Positions 38,390 to 48,635 of a DNA stretch of 64,000 nt are shown piece by piece. The stretch lies in IMG/VR virus record IMGVR_UViG_3300008110_010000, positions 62,001-126,000 of that record; one strand, 5' to 3'. The position numbers were made by a program, and so were the translations under genes. Every line of letters starts with the position of its first letter. The stretch's first letter is position 1. Below the pieces are notes generated by a model. That model was not told the origin of the DNA. It made no database searches and saw only the letters and a program-made list of their open reading frames with translations.

Positions 38390-38842
38390 ATGGCAGAAGA
38401 ATTAATCACCGAAGTGGAAGTAGATCAAAAAAGAGTCGAAGAGCTACAATCAGCTCTTGACAAAAAACAAAAAGAACTGAGTAATAAGGTCTATGGAGTA
38501 TCTATGAATTCAAAAGATCTAGAGGTGTATAATGATATTGTTTCCTCTCTAGAATGGAGGGGAAAGGAAGCTTTAGGAATTTTAGAGATCACAAAAAAGC
38601 TCGACCAAATCAAAGAAGAAGGCATAAAAAGTGGAGTGATCTATATGAATGCTCTAGAAATCGAAGCATCACATTATTTTCTAAATAAATTTTCAGGGAA
38701 GGGAAAAAGCCTAGCAAATGATTTTATCCGCATTTTTAAGGCATTCGAACAATCTTTGACCAATATTAGCCTAGATAATAAAGAGTTTGACGATCTAAAA
38801 AAGGATCTAGCAGCAGCTCAACAGGGCTTAGAATCTGAATAA
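38390..38842 (+). CDS. Hypothetical coiled-coil protein
   Basis: ORF followed by a terminator. Confidence 0.7.
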   Translation: MAEELITEVEVDQKRVEELQSALDKKQKELSNKVYGVSMNSKDLEVYNDIVSSLEWRGKEALGILEITKKLDQIKEEGIKSGVIYMNALEIEASHYFLNKFSGKGKSLANDFIRIFKAFEQSLTNISLDNKEFDDLKKDLAAAQQGLESE

Positions 38843-38863
38843 ATTCCGGGTTTTTAATCTTTT

Positions 38864-38893
38864 AGGGCTCACTTTATCAAGTGGGCCTTTTTT
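38864..38893 (+). terminator. Intrinsic terminator
   Basis: AGGGCTCACTT-TATC-AAGTGGGCCTT followed by a T run. Confidence 0.8.
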
Positions 38894-38927
38894 CTGTGGA
38901 TATATAATACTTAAAGAAATAACTTAG

Positions 38928-40298
38928 ATGAAAGAAAACAAGTATTTCCCATATATTGTAGCTATTTCTGCAATCAGCATCTCGTTTTCTGCTGCATTTT
39001 ATTCGATCTTTGGTATCGGTAAAATGTTTGCAGGTGCTTCTACCAACGTGATGGTGATGGCAGCTAGTTTAGAATTTGCTAAACTAGTCATAGCTTCTCT
39101 GTTGTACAGATTCTGGGACGAAATAAACAAGGCACTTAAGGTTTACCTCACTATAGCATGTTTTGTACTAATAGTAATAACCTCGGCGGGGATCTATGGG
39201 TTCTTGTCCTCAGCTTATCAGGAAACCGCAAATAAGGTAGAAAACGTAGATAAAAATACTGCTGTCATTGAGAAAAGAAAGCAAATGATTCAAAGGCAGC
39301 TGGATCAGGCAGAAAAACAGTTGGAGCTTAAAAGTACCAGACAGAACACACTCTCTGATATGAGAAATAGACAGCAGAGCAATGCTGATAATCTCATAGC
39401 TCAAAACAAATCAACTTCCTCTGTTAGATCACAGATGAACCAATTGAGTAAAGAGAGCAAATCTTTGGATGATGATATAAAAGTTTTACAGGACACGATA
39501 GCTTCAAAAACTCAGCAAATCAACGATTTAGATCTGGAGATTCTAAACGTCTCTTCCAATAATGATATAGCTAACGAAATCGGACCTTTAAAATTTATCG
39601 CTAAGATCACTGGTAAATCTTTAGATCAAGTTGTAAACTGGTTTATTATAGCTTTAATGCTGGTATTTGACCCACTTGCGATTGCACTAGTTGTTGCCGC
39701 TAACTTCGTATTCTCCTATGTCAGCGAGAAGAAAAAAACAGAAGAATCCCCAAAAAATCCAGAACCGGAAAAAATTGAGGAAAAAATTATAGAGACTATA
39801 GAGCCAGAAAAGGAAGAAGAAATCAAATTGCCGGATCTAAAAATCGTAGATGAATACAAAACAGAGATAGAGGGAATTCCACTTACCTTAAAAGGATTTA
39901 TTGTAGGAGATACCCCGATAGCAGAGATCAATAATGATATAATAAATGAAAATGAGCAGGAAGACATTTCCGAGAAAATCGAAGAAACAATTGAAAAAGA
40001 AGAAAGAGAAATCATTCTTCCAGAAGATGCGGGAGATAATGAGAAGAGCAAAGAAGATGATGATGTAGTTTATTCTCCAGATCTCTCCAGTATCGACCCA
40101 GATTTAACCCCTGATGAGGATTCAGAAATAATAGAAGAACACGAGGATCTGCCAGAAAATACGGAAGACGGTGAATTTGGTGGATACAGGCTAGGTAACG
40201 TTTACGGAAAAGAGAGAAGGAGTATCAAAGATTACAAGAATAAAAAGGAAATTCCGATCGACTTATTAGTCAGAAAGGAAGATCCTACCAGATTATAA
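38928..40298 (+). CDS. Multi-TM membrane protein with long coiled coil and acidic tail
   Basis: Three N-terminal TMs, coiled coil, FDPLA TM segment. Confidence 0.7.
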   Translation: MKENKYFPYIVAISAISISFSAAFYSIFGIGKMFAGASTNVMVMAASLEFAKLVIASLLYRFWDEINKALKVYLTIACFVLIVITSAGIYGFLSSAYQETANKVENVDKNTAVIEKRKQMIQRQLDQAEKQLELKSTRQNTLSDMRNRQQSNADNLIAQNKSTSSVRSQMNQLSKESKSLDDDIKVLQDTIASKTQQINDLDLEILNVSSNNDIANEIGPLKFIAKITGKSLDQVVNWFIIALMLVFDPLAIALVVAANFVFSYVSEKKKTEESPKNPEPEKIEEKIIETIEPEKEEEIKLPDLKIVDEYKTEIEGIPLTLKGFIVGDTPIAEINNDIINENEQEDISEKIEETIEKEEREIILPEDAGDNEKSKEDDDVVYSPDLSSIDPDLTPDEDSEIIEEHEDLPENTEDGEFGGYRLGNVYGKERRSIKDYKNKKEIPIDLLVRKEDPTRL

Positions 40299-40299
40299 G

Positions 40300-40884
40300 A
40301 TGCCAAACGTATTAAAAACAGATTCAAGATATGTCAAGTACATTGATTGTAATCCAGAAAAACAGAAAAAAATAGTTTTTGAAGGATCCATTCTTAAAAT
40401 CATAGAGGGATCTAAAGTTTTGCATTCTGTGGATATGTCTGGATTTTTTCACCCTGCATCAATTACCGGGGGAAGCTTCAAAAAGAGAATCTTTATAGAT
40501 CCCGAAACGTCTTGGAATTTATACGGAGGAAACATAGCTCAAGATCAGGGAGAGGTTTCTTTAATCATAGTTAAAGTGAAATATGATAAATCTTTAACAG
40601 AAGATGAGAAGTTAATTTTCTGGGAATATAAAGGAAGGACGTTTCCTCTAAAAAACGTCTTATTCCTAACAGGGAAAACTTTAGATCATGTTAAACATCA
40701 CGGATGGGATTTAGAGCCATATAATGTGTATGGTGATCCCACTAATGTTTCTCCTGTGGTAGATCCAGAATTTAGTCCGGTTTTAAGTCCTCAACCAACC
40801 TCGCCAGATTTTAGTTTGGGTGGAATTAAAATTATGAATACAACCCGGAAAGAGGTTGAGGTAGAAATATTAGTTATGAATTAA
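40300..40884 (+). CDS. Hypothetical virion protein
   Basis: Late operon; resembles the next ORF (E..I+VKY...Y..+.+P+). Confidence 0.6.
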   Translation: MPNVLKTDSRYVKYIDCNPEKQKKIVFEGSILKIIEGSKVLHSVDMSGFFHPASITGGSFKKRIFIDPETSWNLYGGNIAQDQGEVSLIIVKVKYDKSLTEDEKLIFWEYKGRTFPLKNVLFLTGKTLDHVKHHGWDLEPYNVYGDPTNVSPVVDPEFSPVLSPQPTSPDFSLGGIKIMNTTRKEVEVEILVMN

Positions 40885-41528
40885 TGGCAACAGCACCCCT
40901 TATATGTAAAGCAGATTTAGCTAATACCTTAATTGAAGGAGGTCAATTTAATCGTTGCACCTTTCAAGTAACCAAAGATTCGTCTGTTCTAAATTCTTTT
41001 GATTTATGTGATTTCTCCCTCGATATAGACGATTTTTTTGCACAAACACTAAAGTTAAAGGGTGGCAGTGCATTTCTTTTGGATGATTCCGGTTTATCTA
41101 ATACATTCGGGGAGGTAAAAGCACTTATAGTTAGCGTAAAATATCCAGCATCATTTACAACAGATTCGAGTAAATATATTAACCTTATTTACGAAGAGAA
41201 AATCTATCCAATTGGAGGTTTCCATATCTGGACTGGAGAACCAGGAGCTGATCCCGGAAGAGGGATTTCAATATATCCGAGCAATTTTCTATCTAGTCCT
41301 CTTTATAATGAGGGAGGGATAGTGATACACAATCCACATTCTAATGATGTTGAGATCACTATTATAGTTGCTTCTGGTGGTGCTCTAGGAACAGGCATCA
41401 GCGGAACAAGCGGAACGAGTGCTAGCCCAACTACCAGCGGAAGCAGTGGAACTAGTGGATCTTCTGGAAGTTCCGGATCAACATCAACTTATTTTGGAAT
41501 AAGTACAACATCAATAACCCTACCATAA
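40884..41528 (+). CDS. Hypothetical virion protein with short Gly-Ser-Thr tail
   Basis: SGTSG repeats at the C-terminus. Confidence 0.6.
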   Translation: MATAPLICKADLANTLIEGGQFNRCTFQVTKDSSVLNSFDLCDFSLDIDDFFAQTLKLKGGSAFLLDDSGLSNTFGEVKALIVSVKYPASFTTDSSKYINLIYEEKIYPIGGFHIWTGEPGADPGRGISIYPSNFLSSPLYNEGGIVIHNPHSNDVEITIIVASGGALGTGISGTSGTSASPTTSGSSGTSGSSGSSGSTSTYFGISTTSITLP

Positions 41529-43300
41529 TGCCATACTCAAATATAACTATAACGACAAATTCGGGGCTTTCATTCAGACAGTATGACTTTATACAAGTAA
41601 CCCATGATTCCGATAATTACATCATCGGTAGAGTTGTTAGCTATAATTCTTCAACAGGCCAATTAACTTTTACCCCATTAGTAGTTAGGGGGTCGGGGAG
41701 TTTTAGCACCTGGGAAGTAACATTAACAGGTGATCCCGGGGATGATGGAAGTAGCGGAAGTAGTGGAACTGCAGGATCTGCAACATCAGGAACTTCAGGA
41801 GGATCGGGAACTGCAGGAACTTCGGGTACTACCCCCTCGGTATTAGATTCAGGTAATCCATATTCAGTTCTCAGATATAACGGGTCGGGTACTGGAGTTA
41901 CTGGTGATGCCAATCTTACTTTTGATGGAGCAACACTCTCGATAGATCCATTAGAATATAGCTCTGGGGGAGATCCAATCTATCGGATAATTTATCACAA
42001 TGACGGAACTGCGGGAACCGCGGGCATAGTGGTTCGAGGTCCAATTTTTGGACAACCTTATACTGGGATAATTGAGAATAGGATACCACACGATTATCAG
42101 CAACAATTTGTCATCGGGGGTAACAATATAGCTCATATAGATTCTCAAGGATTCCACGTCCAGCAAGCTTTAATAGCAGATAATGGTGTCTATTTAGAAA
42201 GTCTAGAATTAGACCCATCACAAACAAGATTTTTAGTATGGGATCCTTCAACTAGTGGGGGTCTTCAGGGAAAAATTAAATGGAGAACTTCGGGTGCAGA
42301 AGGTGCTCAGGGACCAGCGGGAGCACCAGGTTCCTCAGGAAGTTCTGGAACATCAGGAACATCCGGTACATCTGGAGAAACCGGAGCATCTGGTTCTTCT
42401 GGGACATCAGGAACATCCGGTACATCTGGAGAAACCGGAGAATCTGGTTCTTCTGGGACATCTGGAGAAAATGGAACATCCGGTTCTTCTGGATCAACTG
42501 GTACTTCTGGTACTTCCGGTACATCCGGAAATGGAACATCCGGTACTTCAGGAGCTGGATTTGTTTGGAGAGGGGAGTGGCAACCAATTCCAACAGTTTA
42601 TGTAGGTGGCCAAGACGTAGTTTCATATACCGGAGGTTCATACATAAAAATCGGGGACGGTAACTCTGGCAGTGCTCCTCCAGACGATCCAGTAAGATGG
42701 GGTTTAGTTGCTGACAAAGGCTCATCAGGAACTTCTGGGTTAGCTGGAACATCAGGACAATCTGGTACTTCAGGTACATCCGGAAATGGAACATCAGGAA
42801 CATCAGGTGAAACTGGAACATCTGGATCAACCGGTACTTCAGGAAGCTCTGGATCTACAGGAACATCAGGATCTTCGGGGCAATCTGGTGCTGCGGGGAC
42901 ATCAGGGACTTCAAGCAACGGAACATCTGGTACTTCTTTCAGCTCACCATATTCAGGTAACTTAAATGTAACATCTGGACAAGCTTGGGTTAGCGCAGAT
43001 GCTAATGGTAATACTACTTCATCAACCACGGTAAACTGGAACGATAGTAATGTTCAAACTTTTACTCTAAATGCAGCAACAACTACATTTACATTTAGTA
43101 ACGGTCAAGCAGGTGCTACATATATTTTAATAATAAGACAAAATGCATCAGGTTCTCAAGTTATAACATGGCCTGGAACAGTTGCATGGACAGGCGCAGC
43201 TACTCCAACGATGACCTCGACTGCTAGCCGATATGATGTTTTCACTTTCATTTTTGATGGTAGCAAGTATTTTGGTTCCTATATACAAAACTTCATATAA
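41528..43300 (+). CDS. Fibre protein with collagen-like Gly-Ser/Thr triplet repeats
   Basis: GSSGTS tracts, WRGEW motif, beta-rich C-terminal domain. Confidence 0.7.
   Translation: MPYSNITITTNSGLSFRQYDFIQVTHDSDNYIIGRVVSYNSSTGQLTFTPLVVRGSGSFSTWEVTLTGDPGDDGSSGSSGTAGSATSGTSGGSGTAGTSGTTPSVLDSGNPYSVLRYNGSGTGVTGDANLTFDGATLSIDPLEYSSGGDPIYRIIYHNDGTAGTAGIVVRGPIFGQPYTGIIENRIPHDYQQQFVIGGNNIAHIDSQGFHVQQALIADNGVYLESLELDPSQTRFLVWDPSTSGGLQGKIKWRTSGAEGAQGPAGAPGSSGSSGTSGTSGTSGETGASGSSGTSGTSGTSGETGESGSSGTSGENGTSGSSGSTGTSGTSGTSGNGTSGTSGAGFVWRGEWQPIPTVYVGGQDVVSYTGGSYIKIGDGNSGSAPPDDPVRWGLVADKGSSGTSGLAGTSGQSGTSGTSGNGTSGTSGETGTSGSTGTSGSSGSTGTSGSSGQSGAAGTSGTSSNGTSGTSFSSPYSGNLNVTSGQAWVSADANGNTTSSTTVNWNDSNVQTFTLNAATTTFTFSNGQAGATYILIIRQNASGSQVITWPGTVAWTGAATPTMTSTASRYDVFTFIFDGSKYFGSYIQNFI
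42351..42458. repeat. 54-bp near-perfect tandem duplication
   Basis: CATCAGGAACATCCGGTACATCTGGAGAAACCGGAG... x2. Confidence 0.8.
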
Positions 43301-44430
43301 TGATAGTATTTCCGTTTTCTTTTAAGAAAATGCCAGCATCAGCATCTTTTCTTGAGATTTTTACTACAGTTGGCACTACCACATGGACTGCACCGGCTAA
43401 CGTTAATTCTGTCGAATATTTAGTAGTCGGCGGTGGTGGAGGTGGCGGTAACGGCTATGATAATGCTGGTGGTGGAGGAGGTGGAGGAGGTATGGTATTA
43501 ACAGGAACCCTATCGGTAGTACCTGGAGCTTCATATGTGGTAACAGTAGGCGACGGCGGTCTTGGTGGAGCTAATGCTAGAGCCAATAATGCAGGCCTTC
43601 CGGGAGATAATAGCGTATTTAGCTCAATAACAGCCCTTGGCGGGGGTAATGGCTTAGGATCAAGAACTGGAGGTGTAGCCGGGGTTGCGCAGATCAGTAA
43701 TACTTCTTCCGCTACAGGTGGTAGTGGTTCAGGTGGAGGTAACGGTGGAAAGGGAGGTGGAGGAGCAGGGGGAGCTGGTTCTGCCAACTCAGTAGCAACA
43801 GGTGGAGCGGGTGGTTCAGGAATCAGTTCTTCTCTCAGTGGTTCAGAGGTTATTTATGGTGTAGGTGGTGCAGGAGGAAATGCTGGCACTCAAAATGGTG
43901 GTGCATCCGGATCGACCAACACAGGTAATGGTGGGCAAGCTGGTGGCGCTGCATCTAGTAACTCAGTAGGTGGTGGTAAAGGAGGATCTGGAATAGTTGT
44001 TATTAAACTTATATCTGTAACATTTTCTCAAGCATTCGTACAAGGAGTAGCCCCCACGACAACAGTAGAAACTGCATGGAATACCTTTAGGGCTTCTTTA
44101 ACCGGATCATATACAACATTTACTATGTCTAGCACGAACGGTACTTCGATTACAGTTACAGATCCTACTAAAGTACAAACACTTGCAAATAATCTAAGAA
44201 CTGGAACATCGGGGAGCGTTACCATCGGATCTACCTTATGGTTAGTCGGAGTAGGATGTGGCACACCTAAGATAGGCGGTACAGCTGTTGAATTTTCTAA
44301 TATAGGAAGTTGTTCAGGCTCTAGTACAGTTGCACTTAGACCGATGATCAATAACTTAAACTGGGGTGGTATAGGAACAGGATCTACTGTCAATCAAGCT
44401 TCACAAACTATAACACTAATATTCTTTTAA
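43300..44430 (+). CDS. Glycine-rich domain virion/fibre-associated protein
   Basis: EYLVVGGGGGGG, VTVG.GG, GGSGIVVI. Confidence 0.7.
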   Translation: MIVFPFSFKKMPASASFLEIFTTVGTTTWTAPANVNSVEYLVVGGGGGGGNGYDNAGGGGGGGGMVLTGTLSVVPGASYVVTVGDGGLGGANARANNAGLPGDNSVFSSITALGGGNGLGSRTGGVAGVAQISNTSSATGGSGSGGGNGGKGGGGAGGAGSANSVATGGAGGSGISSSLSGSEVIYGVGGAGGNAGTQNGGASGSTNTGNGGQAGGAASSNSVGGGKGGSGIVVIKLISVTFSQAFVQGVAPTTTVETAWNTFRASLTGSYTTFTMSSTNGTSITVTDPTKVQTLANNLRTGTSGSVTIGSTLWLVGVGCGTPKIGGTAVEFSNIGSCSGSSTVALRPMINNLNWGGIGTGSTVNQASQTITLIFF

Positions 44431-44431
44431 T

Positions 44432-44569
44432 ATGTACTATATAGCTTACGTAACTGATTTAAAATCACCAGTTTCTCCTGAACTTGATAATTTAACACAG
44501 GAAGAAGCTATGTCATGGATGATAAATTTTGGTAATATCGTCGATTATACTATTGTCCAGAAAATGTAA
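44432..44569 (+). CDS. Small hypothetical protein (45 aa, MYYIAYVTDLK...)
   Basis: ATG 1 nt after the previous stop; below the track's size cutoff. Confidence 0.5.
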   Translation: MYYIAYVTDLKSPVSPELDNLTQEEAMSWMINFGNIVDYTIVQKM

Positions 44570-44704
44570 ATTAGGAAGTATCAATAATTGATTGAATACC
44601 TTCTAAAATTTTCGATATATAATGAATATGCTGACTTTAAAGACTAAAAGCTTAAAGAATGGTTTTAAATCGTAGATATATAGAATAAAAATAAATCCCT
44701 CAAA

Positions 44705-46981
44705 ATGGATAGAATTAACTTTGACAATAATCTAGACCAAATTAAAATGGAAAAGGCTAAGGCTGCTGCAAACAGTTTAAATGAAAGTTGGGCAGGAACC
44801 AAGGCATTTGGACCAGGCACAGCTGGATCCTACGTTGATGGTCTACAAAAAGAGATTGCTCAAGCATCTGCTCAAGGAACTAAGATATCTAAACCAACTT
44901 TCTCTGTTGGTGTTTTAGAAACTGCAATGGCTTTGAATAATACATCTTTCGTTGAATTACATGAAGCTAAGATTTTGGTTGAAAAATACATTCATCATGC
45001 ATCAATTAAAGGAGTTTCTGAAGCTTTCTTAATTGAATCTATGATTTCAGAATTGGAAAATTTTAGCTGGGAAAAACACGCTAAAAGCTCTTTAGTTAAT
45101 CTAAAGAAGATTTACGAAAAAAACAGAAAAGAAATCGAAGTTGCTAAGGCAATCGAAGATATTAATAGATCAGGAGGCAGAGACCTTTTCTCTTCTATTG
45201 TTGAATCAATGAGAACTTGGTTAGACACAGAGAACAGGGTTTCTGAGAAACTGGTTAATGACCTTAAAAAATGGTCCTTCAATCCAACAGTTAGAAGCTT
45301 GGTTGAGAAGTTTACACAGCTTGAGGGAAGCAATGGTAAATTCTCTATCAATGTTAATTCTGAAAATTGCGAGGTAAAATCTATCATAGCGCCAAGTTTA
45401 GTTTTTGAGAACCATTCGGTTTTTGTTACTTCAGATAGATTCTTCAAGGCAACTCAAAGAGGCGTATCTGTTATGGAAAGAGCAGAAGCTTCTAAACTCC
45501 CTGGAAAATTCTTAAAAGCAGCTTTATCACTTAGCAATCCTGCTGTAAGAATTAACGAGAATGGTTTAGATATGTTCATCGGGAAAAATAAGCTTTCTGT
45601 AGTTTTTGAAAGTGACACCGAAACAAAGGCAGTATTCCTTAACGGAAAAAGAATTCCAGAAGACAGATTAGGATTTATCCTTTCTATGGAATTGAGAAAT
45701 TCGTTCCAATCTTCTGCAAGTATAGTAGAACAAGCTACTGAAGTAGTAAAAGCTGCTAATTTCCTTTCTGAAATTGATTTTGGTAAAAAAATCGTTTCTA
45801 AAATATACGAAGGGGTAGAAGCTAACGTATTTAGATTCGGACAAAAAGTTTATGTTCACAAAGTTAACCCAGCTATGAAGAAGAATGATTTATTCGAGGG
45901 TAACGGAACACAGGCAGTTAATATAGTTAAAGAATTTTTAGGATTTGATATTTCTGAATCAATGTCAGATATTCTAGAAAACGAAGATAGAGCTTTAGCT
46001 ATCATGAGAAACGATAAGCAAGCTATTAAGAACAACATGTCTATTGTTGAAAGTGAAATGGCAAAAATTGCAAAAGCAATTCAGGATAATCCATCTCTTA
46101 CTGGATCTCAAGAGATTAAAGAAGCTCAAGCAATGCTTCAAAAAGAATCTGAATCTCTAAAAGATAAATGGAACCAAATCAATGTTGAAATCGAGAGATT
46201 TGAAAAGTATGCTAAAAAGGTTTCTTCAGTTAACGAAAGTGACGGATATCAAATAAACACAGACGTTAAGATCAGAAGAAACGGAGAAAAAGGTAAGGTT
46301 GTAGGGGTTAACGGTAATTCTAAAACATACACTGTTATGTTTGAAAACGGTAGAACGGGAGAATACTTCTTTAATGATGTAGTTGATATTTCAGACGAAA
46401 TTGAAAACATTGAACTTAAACCAGTAAATGATCTAGGCGAAGAATCAATCGAAAACATAGAAATAGAAGGATCAGAAGCAAACGAAGGCCTAGATGCTGA
46501 TATGAATTTAGCTGAGGCACCTTCTAAATCTGCTGGGGGATCTGCTAAAGATATTGATAATTTAGGAAATCATAACCTATCTGAAGCCCCTAATAAGCAA
46601 GCTAAATCTGCTAAAGATCCTAGAGGAGTAACTGGAAATCATGAATTAGCTTCCGCTCCAGAGGGAAAATCTGGAAAAGATAAAAAATTCATCGATAAAG
46701 AAGGTAATATGAACCTGGCAGAAGCTCCTGGCACAAGTGCAGGCGCAGCTCCTAAATTTATTGACAATTTGAAAAATCACAAACTTTCTGAATCACAAAA
46801 GAATTCGCATGTTGAAAAAGCACCTAAAGGAAAATCTGAAAAACCTAAAAAATTTGTAGAAGATTTAGATGATGCTGAATTAGCAGAAGCACCAGGTAAT
46901 CACAAGAAAAATGGCAAGAAAGATCATGAACCTCTTAACAGAGCAACCCTTGCAAAAGCACCTGCTTCAAAAAAAAAGTAA
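44705..46981 (+). CDS. Large late protein, possible prohead core/scaffold, with C-terminal LAEAP repeats
   Basis: Tandem GATATATA promoters (44614, 44675), coiled coil, many L-x-E sites. Confidence 0.6.
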   Translation: MDRINFDNNLDQIKMEKAKAAANSLNESWAGTKAFGPGTAGSYVDGLQKEIAQASAQGTKISKPTFSVGVLETAMALNNTSFVELHEAKILVEKYIHHASIKGVSEAFLIESMISELENFSWEKHAKSSLVNLKKIYEKNRKEIEVAKAIEDINRSGGRDLFSSIVESMRTWLDTENRVSEKLVNDLKKWSFNPTVRSLVEKFTQLEGSNGKFSINVNSENCEVKSIIAPSLVFENHSVFVTSDRFFKATQRGVSVMERAEASKLPGKFLKAALSLSNPAVRINENGLDMFIGKNKLSVVFESDTETKAVFLNGKRIPEDRLGFILSMELRNSFQSSASIVEQATEVVKAANFLSEIDFGKKIVSKIYEGVEANVFRFGQKVYVHKVNPAMKKNDLFEGNGTQAVNIVKEFLGFDISESMSDILENEDRALAIMRNDKQAIKNNMSIVESEMAKIAKAIQDNPSLTGSQEIKEAQAMLQKESESLKDKWNQINVEIERFEKYAKKVSSVNESDGYQINTDVKIRRNGEKGKVVGVNGNSKTYTVMFENGRTGEYFFNDVVDISDEIENIELKPVNDLGEESIENIEIEGSEANEGLDADMNLAEAPSKSAGGSAKDIDNLGNHNLSEAPNKQAKSAKDPRGVTGNHELASAPEGKSGKDKKFIDKEGNMNLAEAPGTSAGAAPKFIDNLKNHKLSESQKNSHVEKAPKGKSEKPKKFVEDLDDAELAEAPGNHKKNGKKDHEPLNRATLAKAPASKKK

Positions 46982-47220
46982 ATAGTATTTCTGAAAATTA
47001 CGAAAAGTTCGTTTCTGAGGGTATCGGAAACGAACTTTTTCTTTTCCAGGAAGACCTACAAGACATTTTAGGTAAATTAAAAGAATTGGAAACAACTAGT
47101 CATGCTAGTAGTAAGATAGGATTGAGTACTATTGAAGACTCAATAAAAAACCTAGAAGCCCTAAAAAAAGATGTTGAAGGCCAGATAGGCAAACTAGAAA
47201 ATAATTTCCCACAAAACTAA
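46972..47220 (+). other. Putative -1 programmed frameshift (A_AAA_AAG) with 80-codon extension frame
   Basis: Slippery heptamer before the stop, downstream stem-loop, ATG-less -1 frame open to TAA 47220. Confidence 0.7.
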
Positions 47221-47576
47221 TGGAGTATGTTAAAAACAAAGAGCTTAAAAGGGCATTGCTAGAATCCAAAGAAAAAGGAAGATTGACAGCAGAAACGGTA
47301 AAGATGTTTACACTTATTGTTAATGGTCTTTCTAAAACTAAATCTTATCGAGATATCGAAGATAAAGAGGATTGTATTGCTTTCGGAATGGAGGATCTAA
47401 TTAAATATTGGGACAGATTCGATCCCAATAAATCAGACAACCCGTTCGCATTTATCTCACAGATAGCTAAAAATGGTATGCAAAAAGGATGGAAAAAAAT
47501 ACATTCTACAAGATCTATAAAAACAATATCTTTTTCTAGGTTAACTAGAGATGATAATCAGAACTTCAATGTCTAA
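47220..47576 (+). CDS. Late-transcription sigma factor (T4 gp55-like)
   Basis: YVKNKEL, FDPNKSDNPFAFISQI. Confidence 0.8.
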   Translation: MEYVKNKELKRALLESKEKGRLTAETVKMFTLIVNGLSKTKSYRDIEDKEDCIAFGMEDLIKYWDRFDPNKSDNPFAFISQIAKNGMQKGWKKIHSTRSIKTISFSRLTRDDNQNFNV

Positions 47577-48063
47577 AATTAATATCAAAAATATTAAGCC
47601 CAATGGTAAATTTAAATCAGGAAAGTTTGTACCAACTAATCCGGAAAAGTATATTGGGGATATTCATGATATAATTTATAGATCCTCTTGGGAAGGAAGA
47701 TTTTGTCAATACTGTGACCAAAATCCAAATATTTTAAAATGGGCATCAGAAGCTGTTCAAATAGAATATTGGAATCCCATCGATAAAAAAACACACACAT
47801 ATCATCCCGATTATTATATAAAGGTAAAAAAAGCTGACGGATCAACAGAGGACTGGATTCTTGAAATTAAGCCATCTGCTCAGTACAAATTGGAAAAAAA
47901 ACCAACAATCTCCGGAAACTTAACTGAGAAGAAGGTTAGATCTTATAATCAAGCCATGGAAATATGGATTGTTAACAGAGCTAAATTTGATGCTGCGACT
48001 CGTTTTGCTAAGCACAATGGCTATAGATTTGGTGCCGTTGATGAAAATTTTATCTTTAGATAA
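47569..48063 (+). CDS. Head completion nuclease (T4 gp4/TnsA-like)
   Basis: NPEKY.G, YRSSWE, WASE, Y.PD, EIKP, N.AK. Confidence 0.85.
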   Translation: MSKINIKNIKPNGKFKSGKFVPTNPEKYIGDIHDIIYRSSWEGRFCQYCDQNPNILKWASEAVQIEYWNPIDKKTHTYHPDYYIKVKKADGSTEDWILEIKPSAQYKLEKKPTISGNLTEKKVRSYNQAMEIWIVNRAKFDAATRFAKHNGYRFGAVDENFIFR

Positions 48064-48635
48064 TGGATTTTAAAAGGGAAATTAGAGAGGCAATAGAAAA
48101 GGCTGGATCTCCTGGAAAATTGACAGAGGAGAGTTTTTTACATTATACCAATAATTATTCAGTTTTAAAAAAATCTGAATCTATAAAGAATTTAATTCAG
48201 GGGAAAATATTTACTTTTTACTACGATTCCCCAAAGAGAAAGGACCAGGAATTTGTTAATAAAAGACCCGTCATATTTTATGAAGGATCTGAGATTAGCC
48301 CAGAAAGATCCATTATTAAAGGAGTAGATTTGGTCCTATTAACACCAAGAGACCGAACTAATTTTTTTATTAGGCTCTATACTATATTTGGTAAAATCAT
48401 GGAGCAAAATGAAAAGAGAGAGATTTCATCCCAAATGCCTCTCAGATTCGATTCTGAGATTTTAGAAACTTTAATGGGAGGAGTTAAGTATAATCATGCA
48501 TACCGTGGTTACAAGTTGGAAAAGATAAAGGGTCTTTCCGAAATACCAAGCGATGAATGGAAGTATTTAGTGTATCTAGATACTAAGTCTTTAGAGGGGG
48601 CTATTTTGAATGATATATACAATAAATTCGGATAA
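48063..48635 (+). CDS. DNA end protector-like protein (T4 gp2-like)
   Basis: GKIFTFYYD..K pattern; position beside gp4 and portal. Confidence 0.5.
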   Translation: MDFKREIREAIEKAGSPGKLTEESFLHYTNNYSVLKKSESIKNLIQGKIFTFYYDSPKRKDQEFVNKRPVIFYEGSEISPERSIIKGVDLVLLTPRDRTNFFIRLYTIFGKIMEQNEKREISSQMPLRFDSEILETLMGGVKYNHAYRGYKLEKIKGLSEIPSDEWKYLVYLDTKSLEGAILNDIYNKFG

